Assembly: GCA_040357565.1 (NCBI GenBank)
Contig: JBDODJ010000039.1
Length of the DNA stretch: 64,000 nucleotides
Reading direction: 5' to 3' (one strand)
Source: Cercozoa sp. M6MM
Lineage: Eukaryota > Protista > Endomyxa: Ascetosporea
Below the pieces are notes generated by a model. That model did not search any database. It had not been told where the DNA came from and saw only the letters and a list, made by a program, of their open reading frames with translations. Positions 37,749 through 50,586 of the stretch are shown here, piece by piece. The position numbers were made by a program, and so were the translations under genes. How positions within the stretch are numbered: position 1 is the first letter of the stretch; each line of letters opens with the position of its first letter.

Positions 37749-39884
37749 TCAGAACACGGCCTCATCGACCTTAAGTTGGAAGTACATGAACAAACACAGC
37801 AGCACTGCCGTGCCCCACGTCAGCACGGCCTTGGACTCGGCCATCTGAGACACATACCCTCGCAATCATCATTGGTGAGAAACCCACCAAAATAGGTGTA
37901 CCAAGTAAGCGCCATACCGCAGAGGTGATGCACCTCGCAGTCGATCGCGCACCAGGAACCAAATGAGTACGGCGAATCCCAGCGTTAGCAATACCGAGTA
38001 CATCAACCAACCGATGCCTGTGCCACACAAAAACTCGTAAACAGCGTACTACTCCTTGAAAACAGCAACGGACGTTTCTTGGGGAAGTCATCCTTGGCAT
38101 AGGGAGGCAAGCGACCAGGAACAACATCTGTCCAGAGCAATTTCCTTTACTAGAACACGCAAAAAAAAAACGTTAAAGTACCGTTCATGGTGTATTGCAT
38201 GGAACTGCAGATTCTGCGCACAGCACATGCCATTGGGTAAGTTACTAAGTGGGGTGCAGACATACGATAGAGTGTATACAGGAATAGAGAGAGGAAAACG
38301 CACGAGAAGAGAATGAGTGTGGCAAAGGCGAACCACGCATCCACCGCCGTCTGCAGACACAAGAAGGCCGAGTGCAGGTACAAGTCGCGTTCCTCCTGCG
38401 GCACATTCGTCGTGCTGGCTTCGACATCATCGATCGTTTTGGGTGCGTCATCTTCTGTTGCTCCGGCTTCGGGAGAATTGCGGAGACACGGGATGCTATC
38501 CTTCGCCGCCTTCTTGAGCACGGCGAGGTCGCCTTTGATTCGCAAGACATGCACGATCAGCTGCGCAGAGATGCTCGAGTGAGAAAAACCACAGGGATCA
38601 GAAGCATCTGACCATACCTTGTATACACCTTCGACGGCCCAGATTCCCGCGAGTTGTTCGATGTGCTTGACCATTGCCGGCATCAATCGATACGGCAGCG
38701 AGGCCCACACCTGGTCAGTTGCACACTCGAGGCATGGAGAATTGGAATCAGAAAAACGCAACTGTACCAAGCCAAGGGTTCCGACATAGTCGGCACACCG
38801 CTTGTTGACCGAGAAGTACATGCCGATGGAGCGTGTGACAAACACGATCAGCGGGTACAGTGCACAGAAGAAGACTTGCTGTAAGCAACAAAAAAAAACA
38901 CTCATTGCAACATGATATACTCATACAAAGGTCAAGTGTACCGCAGTGACAGAGTCAACACGCATCCAGGCCTCGGCGAAAGCGACAGAGCACCCGATTT
39001 GTGCATGAATCATAAGCTTCAAAAACGCAAGAGTCTTTCTTTCGACAATAAAAGATAATGAATAAAGAACCTGGACAATGCACTCGCGAGCACTGGTCGT
39101 CCAACGTTCCTTCCGTCTAACAACGTGCAACGCGGCGAATGAACACACAATGCCCAGGCCTACACAGACACACGCGCTGCGAGCATGGGCAGGCGGACGA
39201 GAGGACACGTACAGAAAGCGAGAGGCCACTGCCAGAAGCGATTGAACGAGTCGCCCAGCATGAAGGGAACCGAAATCACAACAGTGCTTGCAGTGAGCAT
39301 CGCGACAAACACCACCTGCAGCCGCAGCGGCATGTGCTCCTGCCGCACTGCGCGCATGAACTGGATTTGGAAGATGCCCGACATGACGCACAGCACCGGC
39401 ATCTTCACGAAGTGGAACACCGCCTTGTCCTTGGCCGGGATCAACATCCATCCGAGTGCTAGCAATGTGCTTACAAACTACCCACCGGCATCTTTGCATA
39501 TGAACTTCGGCACACAGTATCGGCGAGAAGTACGCTTGTACCGCAATGATGACGGGTGGCAGCCACGACACAGCCTTGTTGTCCTTTGCATCCGTGTAAA
39601 CTGTTGTGGCTAAACACGGCACGCCGCGTGCTCGCGGACTCATCTGTCTGGCTGAGTGAAAACTCTGGAAACCTCCAGACTACGTCTGCTCCTCAGAGAT
39701 CACCTGCAGCCGGATCAGCCAGTTTTACCGACAGCAAGCCCGGTGCTGTGGTACCTAAAACAAGCTGATGTACAGTATGATGAAATGCTGCGTTCTGGAG
39801 CGACGATCTGCTCTGACTCGGGTCGGTTTGACCGGTCCCAACGATGATCTGGTTTGGATCCAAGTTTTTGATCAACAAATCCAT
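37749..39884 (-). CDS. Multipass membrane protein of unknown function, multi-exon
   Basis: Series of hydrophobic exons (e.g. QVFFCALYPLIVFVTRSIG, IGWLMYSVLLTLGFAVLIWFLV) ending AVLTWGTAVLLCLFMYFQLKVDEAVF*. Confidence 0.6.
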
Positions 39885-40067
39885 TAAGCCCGCGGCTTCT
39901 GTGTTTAGAGGATTAAATCACTTTATGTGGGGACTGAGCAGTAACAGTACTTTGTTTTGAGGTTCACAAGTTGTTTGAGCGCTGCGTTTCACATCGGGGT
40001 TTTCGCTGCTGTTTCGATCGGGACGAAAATCTCGATCAACCCTAGGAGTAGCGATCGAGACGAGAGA

Positions 40068-40926
40068 ATGACTTCGCACCACGAGCGCTTCAACAACCTG
40101 AGCGAGCGGACTAGTGACCGCGGGCACAAATCGGAACGCGCGATTCTGGGATACACGGGTGTCATCCGGGGTTACAATCATGTGCAAGGCAAAAACTTCT
40201 CGCGCGTGATCGCCGAGTGCGATGCGTACGCTTCGTCGCCGGAAACTTTTGGACGTCTCGCGGTGAAGTCTGCCCTTCCCAAAGACCCTCAGCATATAGT
40301 ACGTGGTCGCGGGGAAAAGCATGGAGTGACACCACTCAATCTGACTCGAGCACACCGATCTAGAGCCGTTGACGATCCCAAGGCAAGCGATCGCTGGGTT
40401 CCGACTTCTGCCCTTGGTACAGAATACAAAGTGCCAGTTTTGTATTGTACCATTCGTACGGAAGGTTATCGGAACCCTACGCAGCAAACAAGTGGGCCGA
40501 ACACGCAAAGGAAAAGGGCCTCGAACCCCATGAGCTGCGTAAAGCTGTTTAGAATAATGCCGAGTTTGATTCTACTGTGACTGGTTCCAATTCCTATTTG
40601 CGTGGCAGAAGACACACGACGCTTCCGTTGCGGCTTGTACTCCGACAACCAAGCTGAGTGCATGAAGCATGAATATGTATGGATACTCGCAAGCGACTGT
40701 CTTTTCTGAATTTACAGTACTGCAAGGGACGCGAATAGAATGTTGTCTTTCACAGGCGAATGAGTCTGAGTCAACGACGTTGCGCACGGGTTGCAGTCAC
40801 GCCCAGGACTACGAGGAAGCTACTAAGCTGACACTCTGCAACGTTCGTTTGGCAGGCAACGCAGACCGCATCGCCGACGCCCACGCTCGTGCCCGTTCTC
40901 CGCGTCACAGCTCTAGCTGCAACTGA
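40068..40926 (+). CDS. FAM166/CIMIP2-like (PGY-motif) putative ciliary microtubule inner protein
   Basis: ILGYTGVIRGYNHVQGKNFSRV resembles the (I/P)GYTG..PG....GKTF repeat; the rest is unassigned. Confidence 0.45.
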
Positions 40927-41425
40927 AACACACATGCGGTGTACAGTAGCAACAACCCACAAATCGCGAGCCTTGACCCATTTGATCTGATCGGAAATTA
41001 AATTGAAGTAAAGCAGAAGTACAATACGGTACTATCAGCGCTGCATATATGAAAACAGTAATTTTTTTCAACTCCTTTCCTTCTGTGGCTTTGTGTACAG
41101 TTTTTTTTCTTTTGTGTGGTACAGGACCTGGCAGCAAATTTATACAGATATTGTACTGTTTCCATAAGTTGGCGCTCGGTACTTGAACTCAATGCGCAGT
41201 CCTACGGTAGGTAACACAATATACTGTAACTGTGAGCAAAAACGAAGTCCTGACCCAGAACAGTAAACTAGGTGAGATACTGCAGTTTAGCATATATACT
41301 GAATACCGTATAGGCGGTGGGCTAGTATCTGTAGCTGGTTTTCACACCGAACTTCTGTCAATGTCCTCTGGATTTCTAAAAGGGAGTTGTATGGTCCTGT
41401 CCTGACGTGAGCGGGCGGTACTAGA

Positions 41426-41504
41426 CATGCTCTTATGACCCCAGATTGGTGCAGGGGAACTACATACGTCACTTGGTTTCATATAAGACTCAACTAACTA
41501 ACTA
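41426..41504 (+). repeat. Dispersed short repeat copy 3 (longest copy)
   Basis: catgctcttatgacccc..ggtgcaggggaactacat..ttggtttcatataagactcaactaactaact. Confidence 0.7.
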
Positions 41505-42192
41505 CAGCCAGAGCGACCTGAGCTGTAACGTAAAGAAGCGTCAGCGGTAGCAGCGCGAGCTACGCTATGTCTGTTGAAGCTCCGGTCGTGTGTTCTCGCT
41601 CCGCAGTCCGTAGATGGAGTTGCACACGAGGTCGCGTCGTTGCCGTACATGCGTGTACCATGGGGGCCGTGATGAGGCTGATCACAAGAGTAGTACAATA
41701 GTTTATAGGAGTAAAACATCAACACTGCAGAACGGTCTACCTTCGCTTTCGTCATTGCAGGCGCGCTCGAGCGCGAAAAAAGCGTCACCCGTCACGCGCG
41801 AGTCTGTTTTGGCAAATCACATATCAGCAACACACACACAGACACAGACACAGACACAGACACACACACACCAGAAACACAGATGGTCTTACCGGAGCCA
41901 GCTTGATGCGCCGAGCCAGTGCGTTTCACACGCAACTGCTGCGCCACGGCATCGAGACCGCCGTGTATCAGACCTATCCAACAGCACCACACACGTGCAT
42001 ACACACGTGCATACACACACACACATACACACACATACAGAGAGGCAACACAAGCTACCCGAGGTGAGACACTTGAGATCCGACGTGTGCGGGAAATACA
42101 ACAAACACGACTCTCTGAACTCGCTCAACTGGTCCTGCCCATCAGGAAACCAGTCAACAACACAGCAATCAACAAATCAACAAATCAACAAA

Positions 42193-42239
<47 letters not shown>

Positions 42240-42354
42240 NNNNNNNNNNNNNNNNNNNNNNNNNNNNNNNNNNNNNNNNNNNNNNNNNNNNNNNNNNNNN
42301 NNNNNNNNNNNNNNNNNNNNNNNNNNNNNNNNNNNNNNNCACACACACACACAC

Positions 42355-42417
<63 letters not shown>

Positions 42418-43367
42418 AGGCTACCGGAAGGTTTTGTGCACTAAGTAGCTTCAACAAGTAGGCTTGGTCGTATGCACCTATGCACACATCCAATCAAACA
42501 CAATCTCAAAACATGAATGGAGTGCGCTGGGTACCGTGGAAGACAATCCAGTGCACACGGTGGTTCAACACGAGACCACTCGTGAGGAACAACTCGGCCA
42601 GCTCTTCCGCCGGTATGCCCTCTCTATAGAGAAACGCACGATCGCACAGACACTGTAACCCTTAAAACAACATGAGAGGCAGGAAGACTGTACCTGGCGC
42701 ATCGCTGGAAGTCTATTCCTGCCTCGCGCAGCAGCGCAATCGAATCCGGAGCAAAGAGCTGCAATTGCCAGCCACATCAGTCTCATACAAAAACAGAAGA
42801 CCAGTTTATCAATGTCAGAAGGTACTTCTCTCTCCAGATCGAAGCGCAAATTGAACTGAAACGTGCATCGTCCTGGCCTGCACACAGAGAAACTCGCATA
42901 CACTGTGGTACATCAACATGGAACATCAACAAACACCAAGCAAAAACAGCACTACCGAGGTCGGCCCTGTCGATCGAAAAAGGTGAGACCAACCTACACG
43001 ACCACACATGCGCACATAGAGAAACATAACACCCAAACAGATGCGTCTGACACTCACTTGTATCAGCGACAGCGAGTCGACGTTGAGCTTCACAGAGTCG
43101 TAGGCGTGCTCATGCGAAGCGAACTGGCGCGGCACAGTGCGCAACACAACACTTCACACGAAGCAACTTTATAGCAAGAAGTCAGATGAACAGCCAAACA
43201 AAACAGGTACCCTGGGAACTCGGTATCCATCGCGACACAAGGATAGTCGTCCAGGAACGACTGTGGAACACAGAGTTATAGGTTTCACAACATAAAACGA
43301 GGGCAGATCAAGCTACGGCAATCTCGAGCATTGTAGCCCGCGCGTTGCCGGCCCAGACGTCCACCAT
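41498..43367 (-). CDS. CAF1: CAF1/POP2 (CNOT7/8) DEDD deadenylase, multi-exon; 3' end approximate
   Basis: MVDVWAGN, DYPCVAMDTEFPG, YDSVKLNVDSLSLIQVGLT, TFQFNLRFDL, TSGLVLNHRVHWIVFHG, YDQAYLLKLL, GGLDAVA, AHQAGSDS. Confidence 0.92.
42194..42413. repeat. (CA)n microsatellite spanning an assembly gap, in a CAF1 intron
   Basis: Direct. Confidence 0.9.
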
Positions 43368-43812
43368 GTATCACCTCTGCACAGAAAACAACAAAAAGCT
43401 CAATTCAATCCACACAGCCCTACAAATCCGCGCAAATTCAAGCAAACCAGGCGAACAAATTTTGGCACCCAACGCAGACGCAACACACTAGACAATGACG
43501 AATCTAGCGTCACTTTGAAGTTTCTCACGAGGGACCACCTGCGGTATCTCTAAGAGGAGCCTCTGATTCCGTTCGTTCCAGAAATTGGGCTCCCGGTGCC
43601 TCCTGGAGGGTTGTGACGCTTCACCACACAGCACACGTGACAAAAAACAACGTGTCTGTGCTCTGGCACCACGTTTCGTGCCTCAGTCATCTCAAAACGG
43701 GCTCGCGAGCTTTGGGCTCAAACTCATATAGGCTCACATTATCTCCTGCTACGTTGTCGCGATCGACGTGCTCCAGTGTGCTGCATCGGATAGTGTTTGT
43801 AGGTTTGACCTG

Positions 43813-46197
43813 ATGGAGCATCAGAGTCTCTTCGACAGTGACAGCGAGGATGAAGATTTTGGCGGTGTACCGGAAAAGACAGTCGAAAAAGAAGACTTTG
43901 GAGGTGGGCGCCACATGCCGAAGAAGGCCGAAAAAAAGAAGCCCGAGTCACCGAAAAAGAGACGACGGCCGGCAAAGAAAAGGGCCGAAAAACCCAACAA
44001 AAAGGTATCCAGAAAAGGCTGACTTGTTACCCGACCCTTTTACCCCTTGACACCTTTTACTCATTGTCTCCCCTTTGCCCCCTTATCCTTGTCTACAGCC
44101 TAGAAAAACAGTGAAGAAATCCGATCGCGAAGCAGCACATGCGTTGCACACACTGAACGTCAGCTTGCTCGCGCTCAGGTTAAAAACTCGAACACTTGCC
44201 TTCGCGGACGAGTTGCTAGGCAGCACACTGCATTCGCTCGTTTGCAAGTACATATTTTCTGCACCTACAGGCATAATAATTCATAAAAAATTGCAGCGAT
44301 ACCGCGCTGAAAGAACGTCATGGGACCACGCGAATTCGGGTGCCTGCTCGAGCGCCTCGACCACGCTTCTCCGAGGTGCAGTTGTGTAGCCAACGTTGTG
44401 CATCAAGCATGTGAAGCCTGTTGGGTTTTGCAGTCAGTGCTTTCGCTCAATGAGAAACGCCGGCAGTACTTGGACAAACTCAAGACTGAATTCAGTTTCA
44501 GTGATAGTGGTACACAGTTGTCTGTTTCCAGCACGCGTTCTATATTTGCAACGCAATGCGCACAGAAGACGAAGAAGAGGAAAACACGGTCAAACTGAGC
44601 GCACGTGAGCTTATGTGGACGAAGATTATCGGCGATGGCTTTGAATCGCTTGAGCAGGTTCATTGTGTTTACCTCCGCAGTTTTTGACTGAATCAACTGG
44701 TTATTATTTGTAGCTCGGAACGACAGAGTTCGATCTGAGTCGATTCAGCGACTCGACTTTCCTGCCAAGGTACAGCACAATTCACTTTGACTTTAAAAAA
44801 GTGGAGAACACAGGCGAAACACAGAATCTTGCGTGTACTGTTGTCGTCGCTGAAACTGGAGGTGTGTGACGTTGCGAAAGGCGACTGTCTCGACATGATC
44901 TGGTACACCCCGTGTTGCTGTAACATTTGTGTCAAAATGAATCTGCGGTTTTCAAACAGTACGCACGCGAAGCAAAGCGACTGTGAGAGGTGTTTGACAC
45001 GCCAGCTCATGGACTTCGTTGCAACCCGAATTGAGCAGAACGAGGATTTTGGTACATTCTTTTGAGGCAATTTTTATTCAATTTCGTTTCTCTTGCAACT
45101 GTTTCTTTTGTTTGCAGAAGATTCACCGGTGAAAAAAGTCTCGATCGATGTCGCTACTGGACTGCTGTTTGCATTGCTTTCGGCCCTGCACGTTCCAGTG
45201 CGATTAGTGTCAATTTTGGCACCTGTGCTGCCGAGTACGGTTCGGGAGCTGCGAGACGAAACTGAACGACTTAAGACAGTGTCGCTTTCTCCAGCTGGTA
45301 TCGATTCTTTTTAAAATATCAAGCTATGATTTTGAGTGTTTTTGTTTTTCCTGAAGCAGAAGAATGCAAGACTGTCTTGCGAAAGCCCGTTGTCGCTGTT
45401 TTAAAATCAACCAAACGAAAGCCTCGATCGAAAAAAGCTCAACGTGACACCCAACGATGGCTTGAATTTGCTGACCATTCTTCCACGCGGACGCCAAGTA
45501 TGTGGCTTGAAGTCTTTTGTACAGACTTGGGTAAGCCAAAACAAGGTTTCTCGTGCTCTCAACATCCTTTTTGTATCACAGGGAGGTGGGTGAGCCTTCG
45601 GTTTGGCCCCAAGAACAACGCGATTTTGTTCGACGACGGCGGAAAAACTCGCGAGCGCTATTTTGAGATTGCGCTTCAAAGCGAAAGCGATGGTGAGTTC
45701 GAAAGCGGCAATGACGGTGTCATCGAGTTTGAAACCATTGATTTCGACGGTGTATGCTCAAGCGGCTACGTTGTGGCATGTGCGCTGGATCACGGCCGCT
45801 TCGGCGATGAAAAACGTGATCGCTTGAACTTGCACGACGTGACGAAACGTTATTTGCCAAAAGAAGGCTCAAAATCGGTAATTTTCGTTTTCTTGTTTTG
45901 TTGATATGAGAAAACACAAGAGAAATTGACAGAAAGACAACTGGAAGACAGTGTATCGACGGCGCGGCGGTGCTTTGTCCATCGAGCAACACGACTGGTT
46001 GAAGAAACTGACCGAACTCGGCGACTGCAATCCTCTCACAAAAGTAGCCTGCTTTGCCTTCCATACAGAGCCCTTTAGTCTGATATGTTTCACTGTGAGA
46101 ACAGTCGCTCCACGCAGTGGATGTGTGGCAACAACAACGCGTGCTCTGGCGCAACGAACCACTTCCTAGCACACGTGCTGGTACTTTTAATCGCGTA

Positions 46198-46238
<41 letters not shown>

Positions 46239-47666
46239 TATATTTATGTTATTTATTGTTGGTGATTATTTGTATATTCACCCCCCTCTCCGCAGCACTG
46301 CAGCACCACCCGCTGTTCAGTTCGGCATCGCTGGCTCGGAAGTACCAAGTAGCCTGGCCGCCTGCGCCAATTCTCTTCGTAGTCGGTGGCAGGGATGCCA
46401 GTGGTAACACACGAAAGCACGTGACTCAAGTCTGGGCGAAACTTCAGCGGCATGTGCAAGCGAAACCACGCACATCTGTAACCCAGTCAAAGTTCAAGTA
46501 TCAGAATTAATTTATTTTGGAAGCGTAGGCCTTGTGCATCACACGAATAGCACGGCAGGATCGAAGCAAGCGACGGCCACAGCATCTACAAGGCACAAAA
46601 AAGTACACGGAGGCACTGCTGGGCGAGTGCGATGACAATGACAAGGACTACGATGAGGATGAACATGGTGTGCTTTCTGTTTGGCTATCCTGCCTGTTGT
46701 CTTTACTCTCATCTCTAGGTATTCGTGTCGTTCCTGCTGCGCACATGCGCGAACTGGTATCTTGTCGCCCCTGCAGCCCACCCTTAATTTCAGTTGTCCG
46801 TGGTAGCACTCGGCGGACCTGTGGATGCGCGAGTTGCGTCGTGTGCGCACCGAGGAGTTGGCACGTGCTCCCAAGACTGTGGCCATGTCCGCTCTCTCTG
46901 CGACACCCGGTACACTGTCCCGTCCACATGTATCGGTCTTGTGTACTTTTACTGTACAGGAGCACCTGTACACCTGTACGGCGAATGGCAGACCGAAGTA
47001 TGGCAACCAGCTGAGGCTACCGAAGGAAAGGTGCCTCGCAACGCTCGCGGCACGGTCGATCTTTTCACACCGCAACACTTGCCGAAAGGTGCGTGGTCTT
47101 ATCCTCTTTGGAACCCTTTCGGTTTTACTCTACTTCCCTTTAAGGTTGTGTGCACCTGCCATACGCACGTATTCTAAGTGCGGCCAAGGCACTCAAGATC
47201 GATGCTGCGCCAGCTCTCACTCGATTTGATATTCGGTATCTCCCTTTTGACCTCTTGTCTATTAACGTCTATTTCCGATGCTTTCTTCTACCCTTGTTGC
47301 ACCCCGCAGAGGCAACCGGAGCGTGCCGATCTACGAAGGAATCGTCGTGTGCAAGCAGGACGCGCCGCGAGTGCTCGAGAAACACGCGCAACTGGAGAAG
47401 AAACGTGTCCTGCGCGAGCGGGAGCGTCACGACAAAAAGATGCGCGCGGCGTGGACCACTCTTTTTCGCACTGGTATCAGCAGCATATAACCTACGCCAA
47501 TTTTACTGGCCTCGCGGTTGTTATTGCTGTAGTCTTTGCGCGTCTGCAAGTGCGCAACGAGCTGAGCCAACTCGCGCAGTCGGTGGCATTCCGAGCGAAC
47601 AAGCCGACGGATCAAAACCACAACGAACGTGACTCAAACAAAGCTGAGCCGGACGAGGAGGTTTGA
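43813..47666 (+). CDS. XPC: XPC/Rad4 DNA damage recognition protein, multi-exon
   Basis: LFALLSALHVPVRLV, WLEVF...GRWV, HDVTKRY (transglutaminase-like domain); EPLPS..HHPLF; LYGEWQTE..GKVPRNARGTVDLF..LPKGCVHL; APALTRFD..VPIYEGIVVC (BHD1-3). Confidence 0.92.
46201..46236. repeat. (TA)n microsatellite in an XPC intron
   Basis: Direct. Confidence 0.95.
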
Positions 47667-47873
47667 ATTTTAATGAAACGAGAGCATCATTCGACCGGAC
47701 TGGAACGAAGCAACGAGAAACGATCGCGAACTTAATATTTTAATGGAAGCACGGCTCCACACGCAAGCCAGACCAATTACGTTCTCGGATCGTAGTATAG
47801 CTGTCGTGTACGCTCGACTGCGTGACGTAAAATGCTCCGCTAATAAACGAAATAGAGCGAGCAACGACGGTCG

Positions 47874-47928
47874 GGTGCAGGAGAACTACTGAGTGGAGAA
47901 CTACTGAGTTGGTTTCCTAGAATCCAAC
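47874..47928 (+). repeat. Dispersed short repeat copy 4, interrupted by the MULE (tail resumes at 48846-48859)
   Basis: ggtgcaggagaactac..agttggtttcctagaatccaac | element | gaatccaactaact. Confidence 0.7.
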
Positions 47929-48845
47929 GGGTTCTGGGGCGTTGAGCCCACTTTTAAATACGCGTGCTAACTATCATCAGTGCATGAGCACATAAGATTA
48001 GTGCATAACTGAGTGCGTGGAAGTTCCGCTAATCCCGTAAACTCGAAGAAAATTGTGATACAATCCTCTTATTTTGTTGCGTTGGAGCGCCGGATTCGCA
48101 TCACCGCGCTTTGATAATGGCGATCTCTGCTGCCTGTTTCGTTGTAACGAAAGTTGCGCTGCAGTGCTGACATCAATAGAGCACCCTGGCTTTGGCGTAG
48201 TAGCTCTGTCTTTGCTTTGCTGGCAGCGGCACGGCGTGGTCTTTTGGCGGGAGGTTCGCTGGTCTCACTTGGCGTCCCGGGAGCCATGTTTTGGCTCTCG
48301 TAGTCCGGGTCAACTTGATCTGCCACTTCTGCAGTGTTCTCGTGCAGTGCGTCTTCGCGGGTCAGGAGCGCGTACAGGTCCTGTTTGTGCACATGTACTT
48401 GGCGAAGCGCTTTGCCTTCTTGTTGTACTTCGTACGGTGTTTCGGGTACACCGGGCGGCCTCCACAAGAGAAAAAATCCACTACATCGGGCAGCAAGGAC
48501 GCCTTATCAGAGCAGTACGTCTCAATGAACTCAATCTCCGTTTTGATTGTCACCAGTTTCGACAGAACGCCAGGCATGGTTTTTATCGTGTTCAGTCGTG
48601 TGCTTACACTCTACACTTGCAAAATAACAACACTATGCTCGTGCTAACATACGAAAAAGACGCGGACAGTCGTTTTATATTTCGTGGGTCGGCGCTCAAT
48701 TGCCCGATTTTGTGAAGCCAATTTCTTCGAGTTTACGGGATTAGCGGAACTTCCACGCACTCAGTTATGCACTAATCTTATATGCTCATGCACTGATGAT
48801 AGTTAGCACGCGTATTTAAAAGTGGGCTTCAACGCCCCAGAACCC
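47929..48845 (-). mobile_element. Non-autonomous Mutator-like (MULE) DNA transposon, 917 bp
   Basis: ~127-bp TIRs starting GGGTTCTGGGGCGTTG (47929-48056 and 48719-48845); perfect 9-bp TSD GAATCCAAC (47920-47928 and 48846-48854); frameshifted internal ORF from ATG 48577. Confidence 0.9.
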
Positions 48846-48916
48846 GAATCCAACTAACTCGATTGTACGTACCATACCGCGACGAGTCGAGTCAGTGGTA
48901 GCTGCACGTTGTTGCT

Positions 48917-50385
48917 TCAGAGGGGCGCGACGTAGTCAGCCGGCAGCGGCGAGTCGGCCTCGGTCGGGAAGGGCGCGAACGGCGAGCCGTCGCGGTTTTG
49001 TAACCCTGCCACACGACACTCAGTGAGCAACTCGTTCACAAAGACAGAAGAGAGGAAGGGAGTACAGTTGTCCCTGGGGTAATGAGCGCCTCCCTCGATG
49101 GTGTGCACCGTGAAGGAGTCTGATTGCACAGTCCAGGCATTCAACACACAGTATCCGAGAAAGAAGGCAGAAGGGGGGGGGGGGAAGATGGAGCATACGC
49201 CGAGGCACATCGCTCGTGTTGGCGGCCGAGAAGTGAACGACGCGACCGTGCAAAAGGACTACGTCGCCGGGATCGGCCTCCAACGCCACACTCGGCTCAG
49301 TCGGCAGCGGTGCCACCTCGGCCGGCTCAAAGTAGGTACGGTACTCGCCTGGCTTCGTACTCCTGGACAAGGGGGGCGGGGGGGCCCAAACGGGGTAAAG
49401 GGGTAGGGGTAGAGGGTCAAAGAAACGTTATTACCGCAAGTAGCGCTGCGACAGACCGATCGATTCGTTCTTGTGCGAGCCAGGGACCACGTAGAGACCT
49501 AGAGTTGGTGCCAAGGGTAGGAGTATAGGGTCAGGAAAGGAGGCAGGAGGTACAGCCGTTATTCTTGCGAGCTGGATGCAAGGCGAGCCAGGACCCGATA
49601 CACGACTCGGGCTCAGTGTACAGGAAGGTACTATCCTGGTGTGGAGTGACAGCACCGCCGATTTCGGGCTGCTTGAAGATGTACATGGACTGCAGCGGTC
49701 GAGGGTCTTTGAACAATGACATGGCCACTGGTCGGAAGTTGCGTGCCACGATGTTGCGCACCACGGGGTCTTCGTAGTGCAGTGCATGCCCGATCTTGTT
49801 GAGACACAGTTCCTTGGCACGTGTCAGTTCGCCTGTCCCCTCGTCAAAGGCATCGGCTTCCTATACACTCCCATTGACCCTTTGATCACATGTTGACCTC
49901 TCCTTCATCCTTTAACCATCCCTTTAACCGTGATTCCTTTGTTACCCAGAAGAAGCGAGTGCAGTCGCCACTCTCGAGGAAATAACGGTCCTCGTGCGGG
50001 TCTGCAGGAATTGTGAGTACTGGACAAAATGCACGAGTCACTTTAATGGTCCAAAGTGCCTAGTTACCAAACGTCATTCCTTTGGAACGCTGACGTTCGC
50101 TGTCGAACACCGAGTCGCTGGACTTTGGATCGAAGGCAGCCACCAAACTGGCGACACGATCCACTCTGGCGACACGACACGTACAACACTTGTCGTACAA
50201 GTTGTGGAAACGCAGAGGAAAATCTAGCTACAGCATCGACACATCCCGCTGCGACACCAATCGCCGAAGCACCAAGTAGCCATCCTTTTCGAACTGCGCT
50301 AACTGTCAAACAAAAAAAAAGCTAAACAAACAGTGCTCTGTTCGATCGATCAGTTTTGCACCTGTTTTGTACTCAAACCGCGCAT
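48917..50385 (-). CDS. PHYHD1: Phytanoyl-CoA dioxygenase domain protein (PHYHD1-like Fe/2OG oxygenase)
   Basis: FEKDGYLVL, CLNKIGHALH, QSMYIFKQPEIGGAVTPHQDSTFLYTEP, NGCLYVVPGSHK, GDVVLLHGRVVHFSAANTS. Confidence 0.92.
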
Positions 50386-50586
50386 CAACTACGTTTTTGT
50401 ATGCCAATTCGGAACTACACAAGCCTAACACTCACGTCGGAGACGATAATACAGTAAAGTCCTTAATTCCTTTCTTAAGGGGGCTTCCGCCGGAAACGGG
50501 TCCCAAACGACCAGAAAGCAAAACCTAGCCCAACTTGATGATCACAGATCAATTGTGATCACCAGTTCATTCAGTCGTACGGTGTG

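Noticed and set aside
41614-42493. HTHT/CVCV-rich ORFs
   Set aside because: Translations of CA microsatellites and N-gaps
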